Assembly (NCBI GenBank): GCA_964016885.1
Contig: OZ024743.1
Coordinates: forward strand, 124,992,001-125,056,000
Direction of reading: 5' to 3'
Source of the DNA: Eledone cirrhosa
Taxonomy: Eukaryota
Length of the DNA: 64,000 bases
Shown here: piece by piece, positions 13,395 through 27,090 of the stretch
Position numbering within the stretch: the first letter of the stretch is position 1
How the letters are laid out: every line of letters begins with the position of its first letter
Translations under genes and position numbers: made by a program
Notes under the pieces: generated by a model
Database searches by the model: none
Told to the model about the DNA's origin: nothing
Seen by the model: only the letters and a program-made list of their open reading frames with translations

Positions 13395-16190
13395 ATACTC
13401 TACTCAAACGTGATCATACTACCGCAGCGTGGAGATGCAGAAACTGTCTCTTCCCCTCGTCTGCCCAGCCACGGCCGTCTGGCACACCACCAGATGAGAC
13501 AACGAGCTTGCCTGACGCCCAAGCCTCGCTGGTTGACATCGCTCGGCTCAGGCGACTCCGTGAGATCCAACTCAGGATCCCGAGAGCGGTCTGGGTGCCG
13601 GTAGCCGATGCCCTCGCGTCCTCGATTAAGAGCGCTCTGGAACCTAATCGAGCCAGCGACTGGGAGCGACTCTTCCATTTCGCTCCACTCCCGCTCGGCC
13701 TCCCCAGGTCTGGCGCTGACCGAGGCGGCCGGTCGATAGCAGCCTTTGTCAAGGTAAATGTTTCGTCCTTTGGGCAAGCGCCCATTCCAAGCGTGCCTAA
13801 GGATGCCACACACCCCACTCTCGGGTGCCTCCAATTCTCCACCCCCGAGGCCAGCGCCAAGCGTTTGCGTGACCGCGTAAATGTCAAATTAATCATGGGT
13901 GATGTCTCGGCCGCAGTCAGAGTGGTTGCCTCAGAAGACACTGTCCTCCAACCCACCGAGGAGGTACTGGCTGCCCTGCGACTAAAGCACCCTGAGCCAC
14001 CCGCTGACCTCAGACCCATAACCCCACCCGATCCCCTCTTGCTCCTTGTGGCTTCCGACGCAGACATCATGTCCGCCATCAAGTCCTTCCCAGCTAGCAG
14101 CAGCAAAGGTGGTGATGGTCTCCGACCAGGCCACTTCAAGGAGATGCTACCCCCCACCCGCCTTCTGAGTGCAATTGTGGCGCTCATCAATTGGCTTATC
14201 CATGGCGCCCTGGACCCTCACGCTCGAGGCCTCTTCTTTTCAGCTAGCATAACCACTGTCAGGAAGAAAGAGGGTGGCCTATGCCCCATCGCTGTGGGCA
14301 ATGTCTTCCGGAGGCTGGCTGCCAAGGTGGTCTGCAGGTCCATAACACCCGAACTGGGTGAGGAGTTCAGTCCGGTGCAACCGGGTGTCGGCGTGTCCGG
14401 TGGCTGTGAGGGGGCGACACATGCAACCAGGCAGTTCTTCAACAGCTGCCCACCGGAACCGGCATCCAGGGACTCCAGACACCTCATTGTCAAGCTTGAC
14501 ATGAGGAATGCCTTTAACTGCATACGCCGGGACCATCTGCTCGATGCCTGCCTCAGCCGAGCCCCCTCTGCCTACCCGCTGGCCTACCTGTCATATGGAG
14601 CCCCGAGCATTCTCCTCGCTGCTGATACTGTCATACCTTCGGCCACTGGGGTCCAACAGCACGACCCTTTGGGCCCCTTCCTGTTTGCCCTTGGTATAGA
14701 CCACATCGCCCGAAGTATCACGGGCCCTCTCAACGTTTGGTATCTGGATGATGCTACGTTGGGCGGGCCCGTACAGACTGTCTGCCATGACCTACAATCG
14801 GTGGTTCCTGTCCTGGCGGGAATCGGCCTCCAGGTCAACTCATCCAAGTCGGAGGGGTGAATGTCAGCCACGATACTGAGAGCTTTGCAGCCTCCGTCTC
14901 GGACGTGCGGTCCATTCTCCACCAGGTACAGGTGACCCCCAAAGAGGATGTCCTCATCCTCGGGTCACCGATCCACCCGCCGGCCATCCGCTCCACAATC
15001 AGGTCCAAGCTCCAACAACTCCAGACCCTCACGAGCCGACTGGGTTTGATCGACGGCCACCCAGATATCTTTCTGTTGAGAAACTGCTTCGCCATGCCGA
15101 AGCTCCTCTATACCCTTCGCAACGCTCTGTGCTACACCCACGCATCTCTCCTCGCTGACCTCGATACTTGTATCCGAGCAGCAGCCGAGGAGATATGCAA
15201 AGTCAGGTTTGACGACATTGCTTTGTCGGCGTTTCTTTCGTCGGTAACCTCATGCCGCCTCCTCGTCAGCAGGGTTCTCCAAAACACAATAGAACCCTCT
15301 GTGTTCAGGGAACATGAGGCCGCCTGTGAGACCTGGGACCGGCTGGGACTTAGCCCAGTAGACGTCCCTCCTCCTTATCCCCCTGCTGACGTCAAGACCC
15401 CCCAAAGCATTTGGGAGGCCATCCAGTGCAGCCTGGCTTCAGACCGGTTCACGCGCCGGCTCGACCAGCACCGCCTTGCTTGTTTTCGTGCGGCCTCCAA
15501 ACCCCACAGTGGTGCCTGGCTCCATGCCTTGCCCTCCTTCTCCACTGGCACGCAGCTAGATAACAATAGCCTGCGCATCGGCGTTTCCTTGAGGCTCGGC
15601 CTCCGGATTTGCAAGCCACACCAATGTGGCTGTGGATTCACCGTGGACTCTTTCGGCCTCCACCCGCTTTCCTGTCGCCACAGTGCCGGCCGCCTTCCAC
15701 GCCATCCTGCCCTCAACGAGGTCATAAAGCATGGCTTGGACGCTGCAGGCTTCCCTTCCCAGCTCGAGCCGGTGGGGCTGGACCGAGGGGACGGCAAAAG
15801 GCCAGATGATATGACCATCTTCCCATTCCGCGGTGGTAAACTTTTCGTCTGGGATGCCACATTCACCAACAATTTCTCCAGTCACAACCTGGTGCTGTCT
15901 GTGACTAACCCAGGTTCTGCTGCCCGTTTGTCTGAGGAGGCCAAATTTTTCAAATAAGAGTCACTCTCCGACAGGTTTGCAGTTGTACCCTTGGCAGTGG
16001 AGACTTCTGGTGTCCTCGGCCCTAGGGCTACCTCCCTACTCACCACCATAGGCGCTGAGCTGGCTAACCGCAGGTGTGAGCCCCGCGAGCTGGAATGGCT
16101 TTTCCAGCGCATCTCCCTTGCCGATCTCTGGGGAAACGCCTTCTCCATTCTGTCCGCCGGGACTGTGAGGAGGCCACCAATATGATTGAC
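13395..16190 (+). mobile_element. CRE-clade non-LTR retrotransposon (RT + CCHC + RLE), disrupted
   Basis: GC-rich island. RT motifs PIAVG..RRL, KLDMRNAFN, GVQQHDPLGP and YLDD (ORF 13508-14860). HPLSC..RH..LN, KRPDDMT..P...WDAT and FQRISLA..GNA RLE motifs. Frameshift at ~14857 and stop at 15955-15957. Confidence 0.9.
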
Positions 16191-17123
16191 TGAGTTGTCA
16201 TTTTATCAGTCAGATGTTTTTAGACGGCCAAAGGATCTGTGACTTCACATAGTTACCTTCCAAGAGGCTATTCGTTAGTGAACAACGAACCACAGTACCA
16301 TCTAACATCTCCAATTCATCTCTCTCGCTAGATCTAAATATATTCTATCGCTAAAGATCGACAGCGAAAAGGCCTTATCGACCTGAGGACAACTTATCTT
16401 TCACCATTCTGGGGTGTTACAATATTTACTAGTCAAGTACTGGAGTTAATCATTTATTCAATATACAAAATCTGACAATGTCATGAAAGGCCATTGACAT
16501 TATATAAACATAATTGAGCACTACTAAAGGAAGAGAAAAGCAAATGAAAAGAAGAAAAAGAAAGAAGGATCAAGCAGTGAAAGAAGGGGAGGGTGGAGAA
16601 ACAGTCACTACACCCCAGTCTGAGCGGTGCTCCAGCCGCGCCCCGCGGATAAAACGGTAAAAGTGTTACAGTGGAGAATGGCCAGAGACACCCACTGCAA
16701 CAGCCACCCCACCTTACGTGGCCCCCTCCTTAAGCGGGCCGCCGTCTTTATGACGGAGGCTGGTGCAAAGAGGAAGTGGTCGGTCAAGCTCTTGATTTAA
16801 TACAGGGGTCTGAAACTCAAGAATTCAAAAGGGCCATTACATCTTGGGGGAGAGACACAGAGGTGAGATGAATGGGGGAGGGCGTGATTTCTACCATATA
16901 TAATGTTAATCTGCAATACAGTTGGTAGGCTAAAAAACAACACTTTCATTCAAGGCACAACTTGAAGTTGTGTGTTATTTTAAAACAAAGGATTGCCAAA
17001 CTTAATTTATTCATAAAAGTGATGCACGTATAAACAGATTTTTATATAATAAATATGATTTCGAAAAAAGTTTGAATATGATATACAGAGTGGCATATGT
17101 ATATATATAGAGATAGATAGATT

Positions 17124-17932
17124 ATGAATCGAAGTTGTAGCCACAATATGGCAGATACTAATTTTTTAAGGCGGTCATGAAGCACTCGATGGAGCGAGAA
17201 GTGAATACATTTTCGTCCAGAGCAAACACAAAGTTAAGAAAGTGTCACACCAAGAAAAGCGACCAAAAGCAGTGGCCAGACATATACAACAACAACGATA
17301 TATACAAATAGGTTGAAGACTAGCCTGGACCATCTCGAGTTGATTAGAATCGTTAGAAATTGATAAAAAGCTTCGATAGATTTCCAGGAGTCCGGGAAGC
17401 TACATCACGAGCTGCATAGTGTATATGCAAGTCATATGTGCATTTTCACGATGGAACTGGGGGTCCCTTCGTCGGTAAGCTTTGTTCTGTGTTAGCCAAC
17501 GTGGTTTGTTCTGGAGACAGCGAGGCGTTCTACTTTAGTAGAACATTTTCCTGTGCCCTCACGTGACCTTTCTCAAAAGAGGAAGGTCAAGCTGGTCGAA
17601 CTATTGGCAGGTAGATTCAGGGTGTGAACAAAGAGATTTTCACAGCCTCAAATATAAGCTCCCAACTAGCGTTTATAAACAAAAAATAACTAACACGTTA
17701 TCAATCGAATACATGAAGCTAGGAAAATAATATTGGCCATGAATCGACGTTGTAGCCGCAATATAGCAGATACTAATCGAATTGTTTGAGGCGGTCAATG
17801 GAGTGAGAAGTTAATACATTTTGGTTCAGAGTAAACACAAAGTTAAGAAAGTGACATCAAGAAAAGTGACCAAAAGTAGTGGCCAGACATATACCACAAC
17901 AACGATAAATATAAATAGGTTGAAGACTAACC
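17124..17932 (-). mobile_element. Probable PLE relic: ~195-bp direct repeats (17124-17325, 17740-17932) around a degenerate GIY-YIG-like fragment
   Basis: The direct repeat is visible and both sides are flanked by (TA)n. The interior on the minus strand gives broken HVG-TEQSL and LIN.RDG-like remnants (weak). Confidence 0.45.
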
Positions 17933-17940
17933 TGTTTGTA

Positions 17941-17987
<47 letters not shown>

Positions 17988-18524
17988 ATGCACACATACA
18001 CACACACATAGATATATAGTAGTAATGGGTAGGTCAATTATCCAAGGTATAGAGCAAATCATATCCATATGGCAGGTTTGAACATAATTAAGACAACAAC
18101 AAGTTACTACAACGGCGCCATACCAAGTACATACGTTTCGTTAACACTGAGGACTAACTTGTTCAACCTGTACCGATGAACATGAACCGGAAAATGTTTA
18201 CTCGCAAACGAAAATACAGAACAAAAAGAAGAGCCCAATCAAGGGCAGATAATCTGGATGGTCTAGGGTACACAATTTGACTAAAAAGACGTGAACAATC
18301 GCTAAATTAGCGAATAATTATGAGTGGGCTAGAAAAAAGATCGATAGATTAAGAAAGATGTAAGTCAATATCAAGGATATACCAGGTCTTTAAATGGTAC
18401 TTAGAAACGTGAGAACATCGGGAGAAGAACTATGTATGTGTGTTAAGTGGTTATTGCCACCATACATATATATATATATATGTTATTAAAAACGATTGCA
18501 GACTGATATATATATACATACATG

Positions 18525-18622
<98 letters not shown>

Positions 18623-18680
18623 TAGTGCTCCATATTGATATACTGAATTAGGGTTAGGGTTAGGCACTCCAGTGGAAGGA

Positions 18681-19210
18681 TATGATTGTCTCTGATCTCA
18701 GCAAATTTTCAATTTCCCGAATAAAACTATATTTTTCAAGAAACACATTGTCTAGAAACCTCAGTCACTTTCCCGATCTTATAAATAGAGTAAATACATT
18801 TTCTGATATTGAAATAATGACCAGAACCTGGAGGAACACAAAAATATATTTTACAAGAACAGCTGATAATTTCCGAGGAAGGACTTGCAAAATTTGAAAC
18901 CCTGCTTTGTTTTTCTTGTAAATCCCTTCATCATTGATGTAATCAATGATGGTTGACCAGTTCTCGAACTTCTGGTTAAAGAATCATTTGCAGTAGAAAT
19001 AGAACTAAGGGAATTACAGAAGAACGTCTGTCTAAAGATGATCTATAAATCACAAGTTCCAGAAATAAAATATTCTCAACTGAAGAAAACTAGTATGCGA
19101 TTCATTTCGGTTTTCTGTGCAATATACTAATGTGAATCATTGTAACGAAGTTTGTGAAATCGAGGCATCGTGTAATTATTACAAATACATTACAAAACTA
19201 ATTCGTTACA
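18681..19210 (+). pseudogene. Degenerate hAT (Charlie/GTF2IRD2-like) transposase C-terminal relic
   Basis: Remnants such as NLSHFPDL and LVNPF...ELRELQ in broken frames. Confidence 0.4.
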
Positions 19211-19855
19211 ACCTTAACAATATGCCAGCTAGATTTTCAACGATTCACAATCAAAACGAAGACACACAAGGCAGACCTGCCAATCTCGAAAAACCCAAAT
19301 GGAGATTACCATGAAAAAAGGTGCTCCAAAACGGGGAGAAATGAAGCAAAATGGGTAGATTTTACATAATGAAAGCTATACCCACTTTCACAAAAGAAGA
19401 CATCTCTCACCAAACGAGTCAAAACGGGGAGATCTCTCCGTTCGACAGGTCTGCTCAAGATCTCTACTAACAGTAAATAAGAGCTTTAATAGCGTGATAA
19501 TTGTAGAATTATCTGTTTGTCATAAAAATATTTTGATGAAACCATAATTGGACATATATTACGCGGTTCTGCTGGGATGGATTTGAAGTGACTTAATTCT
19601 ACTGCAGCAACTTAGAAGAAGATTGGACTAGGCCGCAAGCGAATCGCTTGGTTTGATTGCACAAAAATGGTCAGCAATAAATGTATTGAATTGGAAGGTA
19701 TGGTTAAGTATAGAGAAGTATGGAGAGGAATTGTTCATCGCATAGTTGCCGTCCATTAAACATGATGAGACATAATGGTGATACTGGAGATCGAAATTTT
19801 CTAAGATGGCATCTGATTAAAATATCTCAAATTTTATTGATTTTCCTTTATTTTA

Positions 19856-19889
<34 letters not shown>

Positions 19890-19896
19890 GTTGTTA

Positions 19897-20012
19897 TTCC
19901 TTGAATCTCAGTCATTGATGTTGGTTAACTGGAAAGTCCGTTGGAATGAATATCAAGCCACTACCTGCAGCCTCAGATATTCAGGACGTATCGGAGGGTT
20001 CTTGCTGTTCCA
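19897..20012 (-). mobile_element. 5'-truncated R4/Dong 3' end inserted in (TAA)n
   Basis: Near-identical to 50612-50728, with (TTA)n on both sides. Confidence 0.85.
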
Positions 20013-20071
20013 ATATTATTATTATTATTATTATTATTATTTTACCTATTTTTTTCTGTTTTGATAATATA

Positions 20072-20268
20072 CGAGGGTCGGCTGAAAAGTTCATAGGCTG
20101 ACCAACATACACTCATGGAATGACTAAATGAGGTTATTTTCCAACATAGTCCCTGGAAAGAAACAATGCAGTTACTAATGAGAAGAGATGAAATTAATGC
20201 ATGCAAGATTTCACAGCTTTAACATCACTCCTTCATAGTCAGCTAATGAACTTTTCAGACGTCTCTCG
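20072..20268. mobile_element. Mariner-type MITE
   Basis: TA-cgagggtcggctgaaaagttcat...atgaacttttcagacgtctctcg-TA: imperfect TIRs and TA TSD. Confidence 0.75.
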
Positions 20269-20599
20269 TATTCAATAAGGCAAGTAAATGACGTTAAAAT
20301 ATTTTTTATTCCTTGGCAGTCTAATTTTGTGTTACTGTAATGCAAATTCGCACGTTCGAATGTATTAAATACGTTCAATATAATTAAAAGAGTAAATTCA
20401 AGATTCTGAAAACATTTCTTATATATGTGAACTTTCTGATAACTGAAATTAATACAAATTAGAATTTAAAAAAGCTACATACATAAATGAATAAATATTT
20501 AGCTACATACATAAAATAATATTATTCATCGTCGAAACTAACGGAGGTCCAGTCCAATCTATGTTTACACATTTACTTTTATTTGCCAAGTATAAATAT

Positions 20600-22070
20600 T
20601 AATTTCTGACGTTTTATTATTTTTTAAGATCAGGGAAGTGCCTTTGGCCGTTTTCGGTGTCGCTGAGACTAGTAAGAAGGTGGGAAGTTATTTTTAGACC
20701 TGAGACCCGAACTGCAATGATGACAACTAATTGGTCTCGCTAAAGAAACCAAAGTGACTTTCAACGAAATAGAAGTTACTTATACGCTGAATATCGAAAC
20801 AGAAAAAGATACAGCATAAACAACCTTATAACTGATGATATTGAGTATCAGAATGGTGGGAGTAATTTTGGAACAACTTGTAAATGTCAAAATGCCGTTT
20901 GAATACTGTCCATCTCGATGCTATGACAGTGCTGCAGTTATGGCTAGTTATAAAGAGAGAAATAATGAAAAAAATTGCAAAGTTATTTTTGTAAATTTTG
21001 ATAATCATTCGGTAAATTCAGTTGACACGAATGCTGCTCACCAAGGTGTGTTGATGGTAGCTTTTTTTAATGCAGTTTAGACGCATTATGTCTGAATCTG
21101 AAACACGGTGGAGTTCCAGAAAGGCGACTGTGAAGCCAATTCATGAATATTTCGATATCATTGTGGAACCAAAGGATGTTTGATGGTCAAATTAAAACTG
21201 CTAATACCTGAGGTGGAGTAAGGTAGATGCAAAACTTGCTTTTGACTGCTAATGTCTTGGTATTTCTTGGATTTTTAAATAAAGTTTTTATTCAGATAGA
21301 CCATGTTAAAAAAAAGATTCTTTCAAAATATTGTTTGTGACTTAAAGGTCTTTCACAGTTAATTTTTAAGAGGTCGAAAATCATTGACACTTAAATCCCT
21401 TAAAGCTGAAGCTGAAACTATTTGAATGAGATATTCAAGTCGAAAAACGCCCCAGAAAGTAGAAACAAATGCTTGCTGAAAAAGCCAAGGGTGTAGGGCT
21501 AATTGCGAAAGAAATTTGACGAGAATAATGAAAGGATCTATTGATCGTCATCTTAATCAAAAGGAAGAAATGTTTGTCCGACTTCATGACTTGGATTAAA
21601 CATCTGGATTTCCTAAAGACACTAAATAATTAGTGTTTAAACTCAAATAAAAACAGCTGCATTTGTAACGTAAATAACTTAAAGAAAAATTGTCTAAACC
21701 GTTGGCAGTTTCATTGCACTGATATAATGATTTTGGATAATAAACTGCTTCTGAAAAGTCGTCAAAATTTTCAGATTTCTAAAACCGAGGAACGTCTGAA
21801 GTGCTTTGTTTAGTATGGAGGTGAAAATGGTTTTTCAAATTTGTTACAAGCTAATCAAATAAGGTTCACTTTTACAATTTCAATTGCCAGCTGTGAGCGA
21901 TCTTTTAGCGAGCTAAAATTAATCTTATATTTGAGAGCTTCAATAAGCCAAGATATATTATCGACCTTAACTTTACTCGGCATTGAACTTGAAGAAACTA
22001 TAAACACAAACTTTGATATTATTGATGTGTTCATATAGTCAAAAGTAAGAAAAGTCCAATAATTCATAGA
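20600..22070 (+). pseudogene. Decayed hAT transposase (ZMYM1/Tip100-like)
   Basis: CYDSAAVMA, IFVNFDNHSVN and the hAT dimerisation motif SIASCERSFSELKLI..LRASISQD..STLTLLGIE, with many stops and frameshifts. Confidence 0.75.
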
Positions 22071-23341
22071 AATAGCTAAAAAATATATGCAAACGTAGCT
22101 ATACTTTAGAGTTCAATATTATTAGAATGATTTCATTTCAATAATGAATATTTACACATTTTTGTATTGTTTCGTATTGTAAAAAAGTATTATTAATTAC
22201 TACTATACAACAACATGTTATTATAGCTAAATACGGCAAGATATTACTTATTTAAGTATAAAGCCTCAGATGTATGTGACTAAACATAGTCTGGTGCTCA
22301 AGCCTTTCTCTGAAACTACAATCAATGTAAATGAAGTGAATAGCTTTCAACAGAGAATCTATCAACAATTGTTACTAATCTCGACTCATTAAGATATTAT
22401 CCCTTAATCTACTGAACATGGCACAATGAACTGATTTTATACTTAGGCCCCTAAACTCAGGTTTTTAGAGGAAGAGAAAATATGAATATATTTCGTAAAA
22501 AAACAATACTATGGACAATAACCAACAATTGCTACCGTATTTCTTCAAAGCCACTCTTATGTTTATTTACATGGCAAACATGCTTTTTTGTTTTATCAAA
22601 ATACTGTACTAATTACATAATTACTCTAAATGTATTATTTTTCTAATCAGTAAATTTCTCCAATGTCTATTGCAGTAGAGGTGATTCTTCTAAAGGTTCG
22701 TGGATTCGTTAGAATGTCCAACGAGATGTCTTGCGGTATTTATTCCCAGAGTTCATGGGTGATAAATTTCATCTGTCACAACCCTCTTCAGCACCACCAC
22801 CACTGGTTCTTAAGTGCCTGTTACGGTATTACGGGCTTCATGCTATTACAAGTATTCAGACTCGATCTCCGATTTAAGGATAACCTCCTCCCTTCCTCCT
22901 AGTAGCCGGGGAGACCCTGAAAAAAAAAGTGTCATCGACCCCCCCCCCCCCCCCCCCATAACTAAGAATATTTACTCTTTTGACAGGTTTTATTGATGTC
23001 AAAGAGTTAAACTTACCATTTACATATGTGTATGGGTGGTAAGTTAGTCAATGAAAAGAAACATTGATTTTATTGATACTTATTTCTTTGTTCTAAATCA
23101 TAAACTGAATTGAAGGGAACATATGTGAATATATTTATATTCTGTTTTAATATCTTTAAAATAGATTGAATATGTGATATAGTCAAAGTATTTTTTATTG
23201 CAGATGTTTTACTAGAAGAGTAATCAATGTGGGCTATGTGATATGCAGAGGTGAGGTGTTGTGAAGTCCTGCTGATCTGGGACTGGGGATTGATTTGCTT
23301 TTCAGATTAAATTTGTGTTAGAAGCGTATATATATATATAT

Positions 23342-24460
23342 ACCAGCTCTAGCGGCTTCCTGCCTACGTTCATAATCTTCTCTGCCTTCTTAATGTTCTC
23401 TACCAGATACTTCATCTCACTCATTCATTCACCCATCGACACTGTCTCCACCTCCAGCATCAACTCCTCTGCCTCCTTCCCTGTGTTTGTCACCAGAACT
23501 ATGTCTTTTTAGTCTTAACTCTCCTGCTCCGAGCCAGTGCTACAGTAAAGCCTGAGTCCTGGTGTTTCTCCAGTGCAAGGCGCATACAATAGTCCACTGC
23601 GATGACAAACGAGTAGGGAGCCAATGTATCTCCCTGGAGCGCTCCAGCCAGTATCTCAAAGAATTCCGTCATCCTGTCAGGTGTAATGACGTGGGCTTTG
23701 GTGTTCATGTAGAGCAGTGATATCAGGTCCACTATCTTCTTGGGAATTCCATAAGCCTGTAAGATCTTCATCAGGCAGTGACGGCCCACAGAATCAAAGG
23801 CTTTCCTGAAGTTAATGAAAACTATGACAGCAGGAAGGCTCTAGCTCCTCCTAAAATTCTCCTCAGCATCAGGATGTGACTGGTGGTTGATCTTACCTCA
23901 CTGAAGCCGTTCTGGTTGTCCCTGAGCTTCTTCTTCATTTCGGGCTGGATCCTGTTAAGAATCATCCTGTTGAGGTGGAGAAGAAGAGCAAAGCCTGGGC
24001 GGCGTGTCAGTGTTTGAGGTCGGTGTGGAAGTCGGACCTTCGTAAAAACCTGAAGATCCGTCTCTTCATCGCTACAGGGGAGGCTTTGCTGCTGTACGAG
24101 TCTGAGACTTGGACACTGACCTAGAAGCTCACTTAGCTGGTGGATGGGTGCTGCACGAGAATGGCTCTGAACATTAATCAGTATACACCGAGGATGAAGA
24201 ACTCAGAGCTGTACCTGGAGCCTCCCAAAAGTCAGCTCGAAAGTAACACAGAGGAAACTGAGGTTAGCTGAAACATGCTCACCGACATTCAGAGTTGACC
24301 CTGCACTCAGTGGTCCTGTGGGAGCCCCTACATGGACTCACTGGAAGAGGGAGACCAAGGATGACATAAGGATGCCATAAGGACAGACAGTGGTCTCTGG
24401 GGGACACATGACATGGCGACGATGATGAAGGTCAGAGACCGCTGGAGAGAACTCGTCAAT
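23342..24460. mobile_element. RTE-like LINE insertion with an inverted 5' segment (minus 23342-23972, plus 23975-24460)
   Basis: The minus part encodes RT (DNQNGF, NFRKAFDSV, QGDTLAPY). The plus part encodes the downstream C-terminus (AWAAC..VWKS...LLYESETWTLT...LWEPLHG). Confidence 0.75.
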
Positions 24461-24469
24461 GGATCTCGG

Positions 24470-25950
24470 GAATTTTCGCCTGGTGGACCGTTTCACGGAA
24501 CACCCCCGGGATATTCGCCTCGGCGGGAGTTCCCTGATCGACCGCCACTTTCGCTCCCCTGGACATTCCGCCCACCACCTCACAGTCTGTGGCCTACTCC
24601 AATGCCATGGAACACCCGCCACCCGCCTCACGGTCGAACAACGCACCATCTTCACCCTCCAGACCCCCCCCCCGGCCTGAACTCCCCACCCCTATTCCTT
24701 TAGCCTTCGACCGCCCACCCTTCCTTCACACATTCCCCACTAACACCTCTAACACACTTCCCCTTTTCACCGCCCCATCCCCTTAGCCCATCCCACAACT
24801 AACAATACTAACACCCTCACCCCACCCCTCGGCCCTCCCCCAACTAACAATACTAACATCCCCACCCCTCCCCCTAACACACACACACCCACCTGAACAT
24901 ATATACACGCACTCACACTATCCACACACCCACTACCACCACTAACCCTCACCCACACATCCACTCTGACCACCCCACAACTAACATCACTAACCATCAC
25001 ATACACACACACCCACACCTATGTACGCCACCCACTCCACACACCCAACCACCACTAACCCCCACTTACACACCCGCTTTCCACCCTTTCCCCACCACAT
25101 GTAATACTAACACCCACTAACACCCCCTTTACCACACACACACACACTCATCCAAACACACACTAGTACTCTACACTCCCTCCTTCGTCCCCAACACCTC
25201 TTCTCTCCCTCTCTCTCTCCCTCTCTCTCTCTCCCTCTCTCTCTCCCTCTCCCCGCTCCCCCTACACTCCTGCACACACACACATCCCACTTACACCTCT
25301 ACTAATATACACCCCATCGCCCCACTTCACCACCTTCCCCTTCACCCTTCGCACCTACCCATCCACTCCCCTGTCCACCGCACCTCCGCACACAGACACA
25401 CACAGTCCTCACCACACTGACCTTACTCTACCTGTCATCCTGCTCTACTGCTATCTCTTCACCCTGCCTTGACCCTCTGACCACTTCCTGTTGCGCGTGC
25501 ACCCCACTTCCCTCCACTTCCAACCACCACCAACATTGGATTCTACACCACCAGGCATCTCTCCAGCCATAAACTCCATAACATGAAAAATATCGAGCAC
25601 CTCTTCGCACATTCGACGGAACTACCCCAGGAACTTACCCACGAACATACACTCACATTTTTTTCGCACGCCACCCACATCCACACCACGTATAAACACA
25701 AACACACACGTGCGTACCCCCACATATACACACTCAACCTCCGGAATCCACTATTTTTATTTTTATTTGTTCTCCTTCCCCCTTTTTTCTAAATGTATTT
25801 CCACACACCCTCGGAACTCTCTTCTACTTACTCTATTTACTCCTGAAGAAGGGCTTATGCCCGAAACGCCCCCCCCCCCCACTCCCAAGAGCGTGAACAT
25901 AATAAACCTTTATTTGTCTGCCTCTCTGTTTTGTTCCCGTCTAAATTTGC

Positions 25951-25952
<2 letters not shown>
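24470..25952 (+). mobile_element. Penelope/Neptune-like 3' fragment: GIY-YIG C-terminus, long C/A-rich 3'UTR, hammerhead core at 25843-25868
   Basis: DRFTEH.RDIRLG...RHFRSPGH....TVCGLL...EQRTIF.L...PPGLNSPPLFL, paralleling ORF 29657-30058. The core CUGAAGA-AGGGC-UUAU-GCCC-GAAACG is followed by a C-run that replaces the cleavage site. Ends in (TA)n. Confidence 0.8.
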
Positions 25953-25988
<36 letters not shown>

Positions 25989-26163
25989 TATATATAAACG
26001 TTTGTATATGTATAATATAGCCAAAACAATGCAGGTATGGACATAGAATAAAGAATGCAAATGCAAAAGATATTGTTGACAATTAGTCTTTTACCTTAGA
26101 TTTATTTAAATGTCCTTAATTTTTGAGATAATATCTCTTCTTCGGAGGGAAGTAAAGCGGTTA

Positions 26164-26206
26164 TCCTGATGATTTCTAATGAATGAAACAGTTCTAGTCC
26201 TGTAGA
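26164..26206 (+). ncRNA. Hammerhead motif (U10.1-U11.1 stem II base) in a PLE-type end, 25997-26293
   Basis: UC-CUGAUGA-UUUCUAAUGAAU-GAAA-CAG-UUCUAGUC-CUG-UA-GA. Same family as 32816-32873 and the degenerate copy at ~2700-2745. Confidence 0.65.
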
Positions 26207-26293
26207 ATCTCATCTATATTAAAACTGTTATACTCTGCTATGTATTGAGTACCTTACTTACTGTGGTTACCTCCGATTCAACCCGGAATAACG

Positions 26294-26324
<31 letters not shown>

Positions 26325-26554
26325 AATATTTACACATACACCAATTAAACAAAGTCACAGGTATATATGTGTTTTAGCAACTTTTTACGCTGTGGCTCAA
26401 TGGAGAATTAATAAATTAATCAGAGCACAATACTATAGGGGGGTAAAGCATGTCCAGAGAATTATTTGATAATATATATACATCATCTCTACTCCCAATC
26501 AGCATAATTAACCACACAAAAAAATCAATTAGACTAGGCTATAAGAAAACAATA

Positions 26555-27090
<536 letters not shown>

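Noticed and set aside
13400-15885. Several antisense ORFs (up to 258 aa) over the CRE element
   Set aside because: Shadow ORFs of a GC-rich coding strand, with no recognisable motifs.
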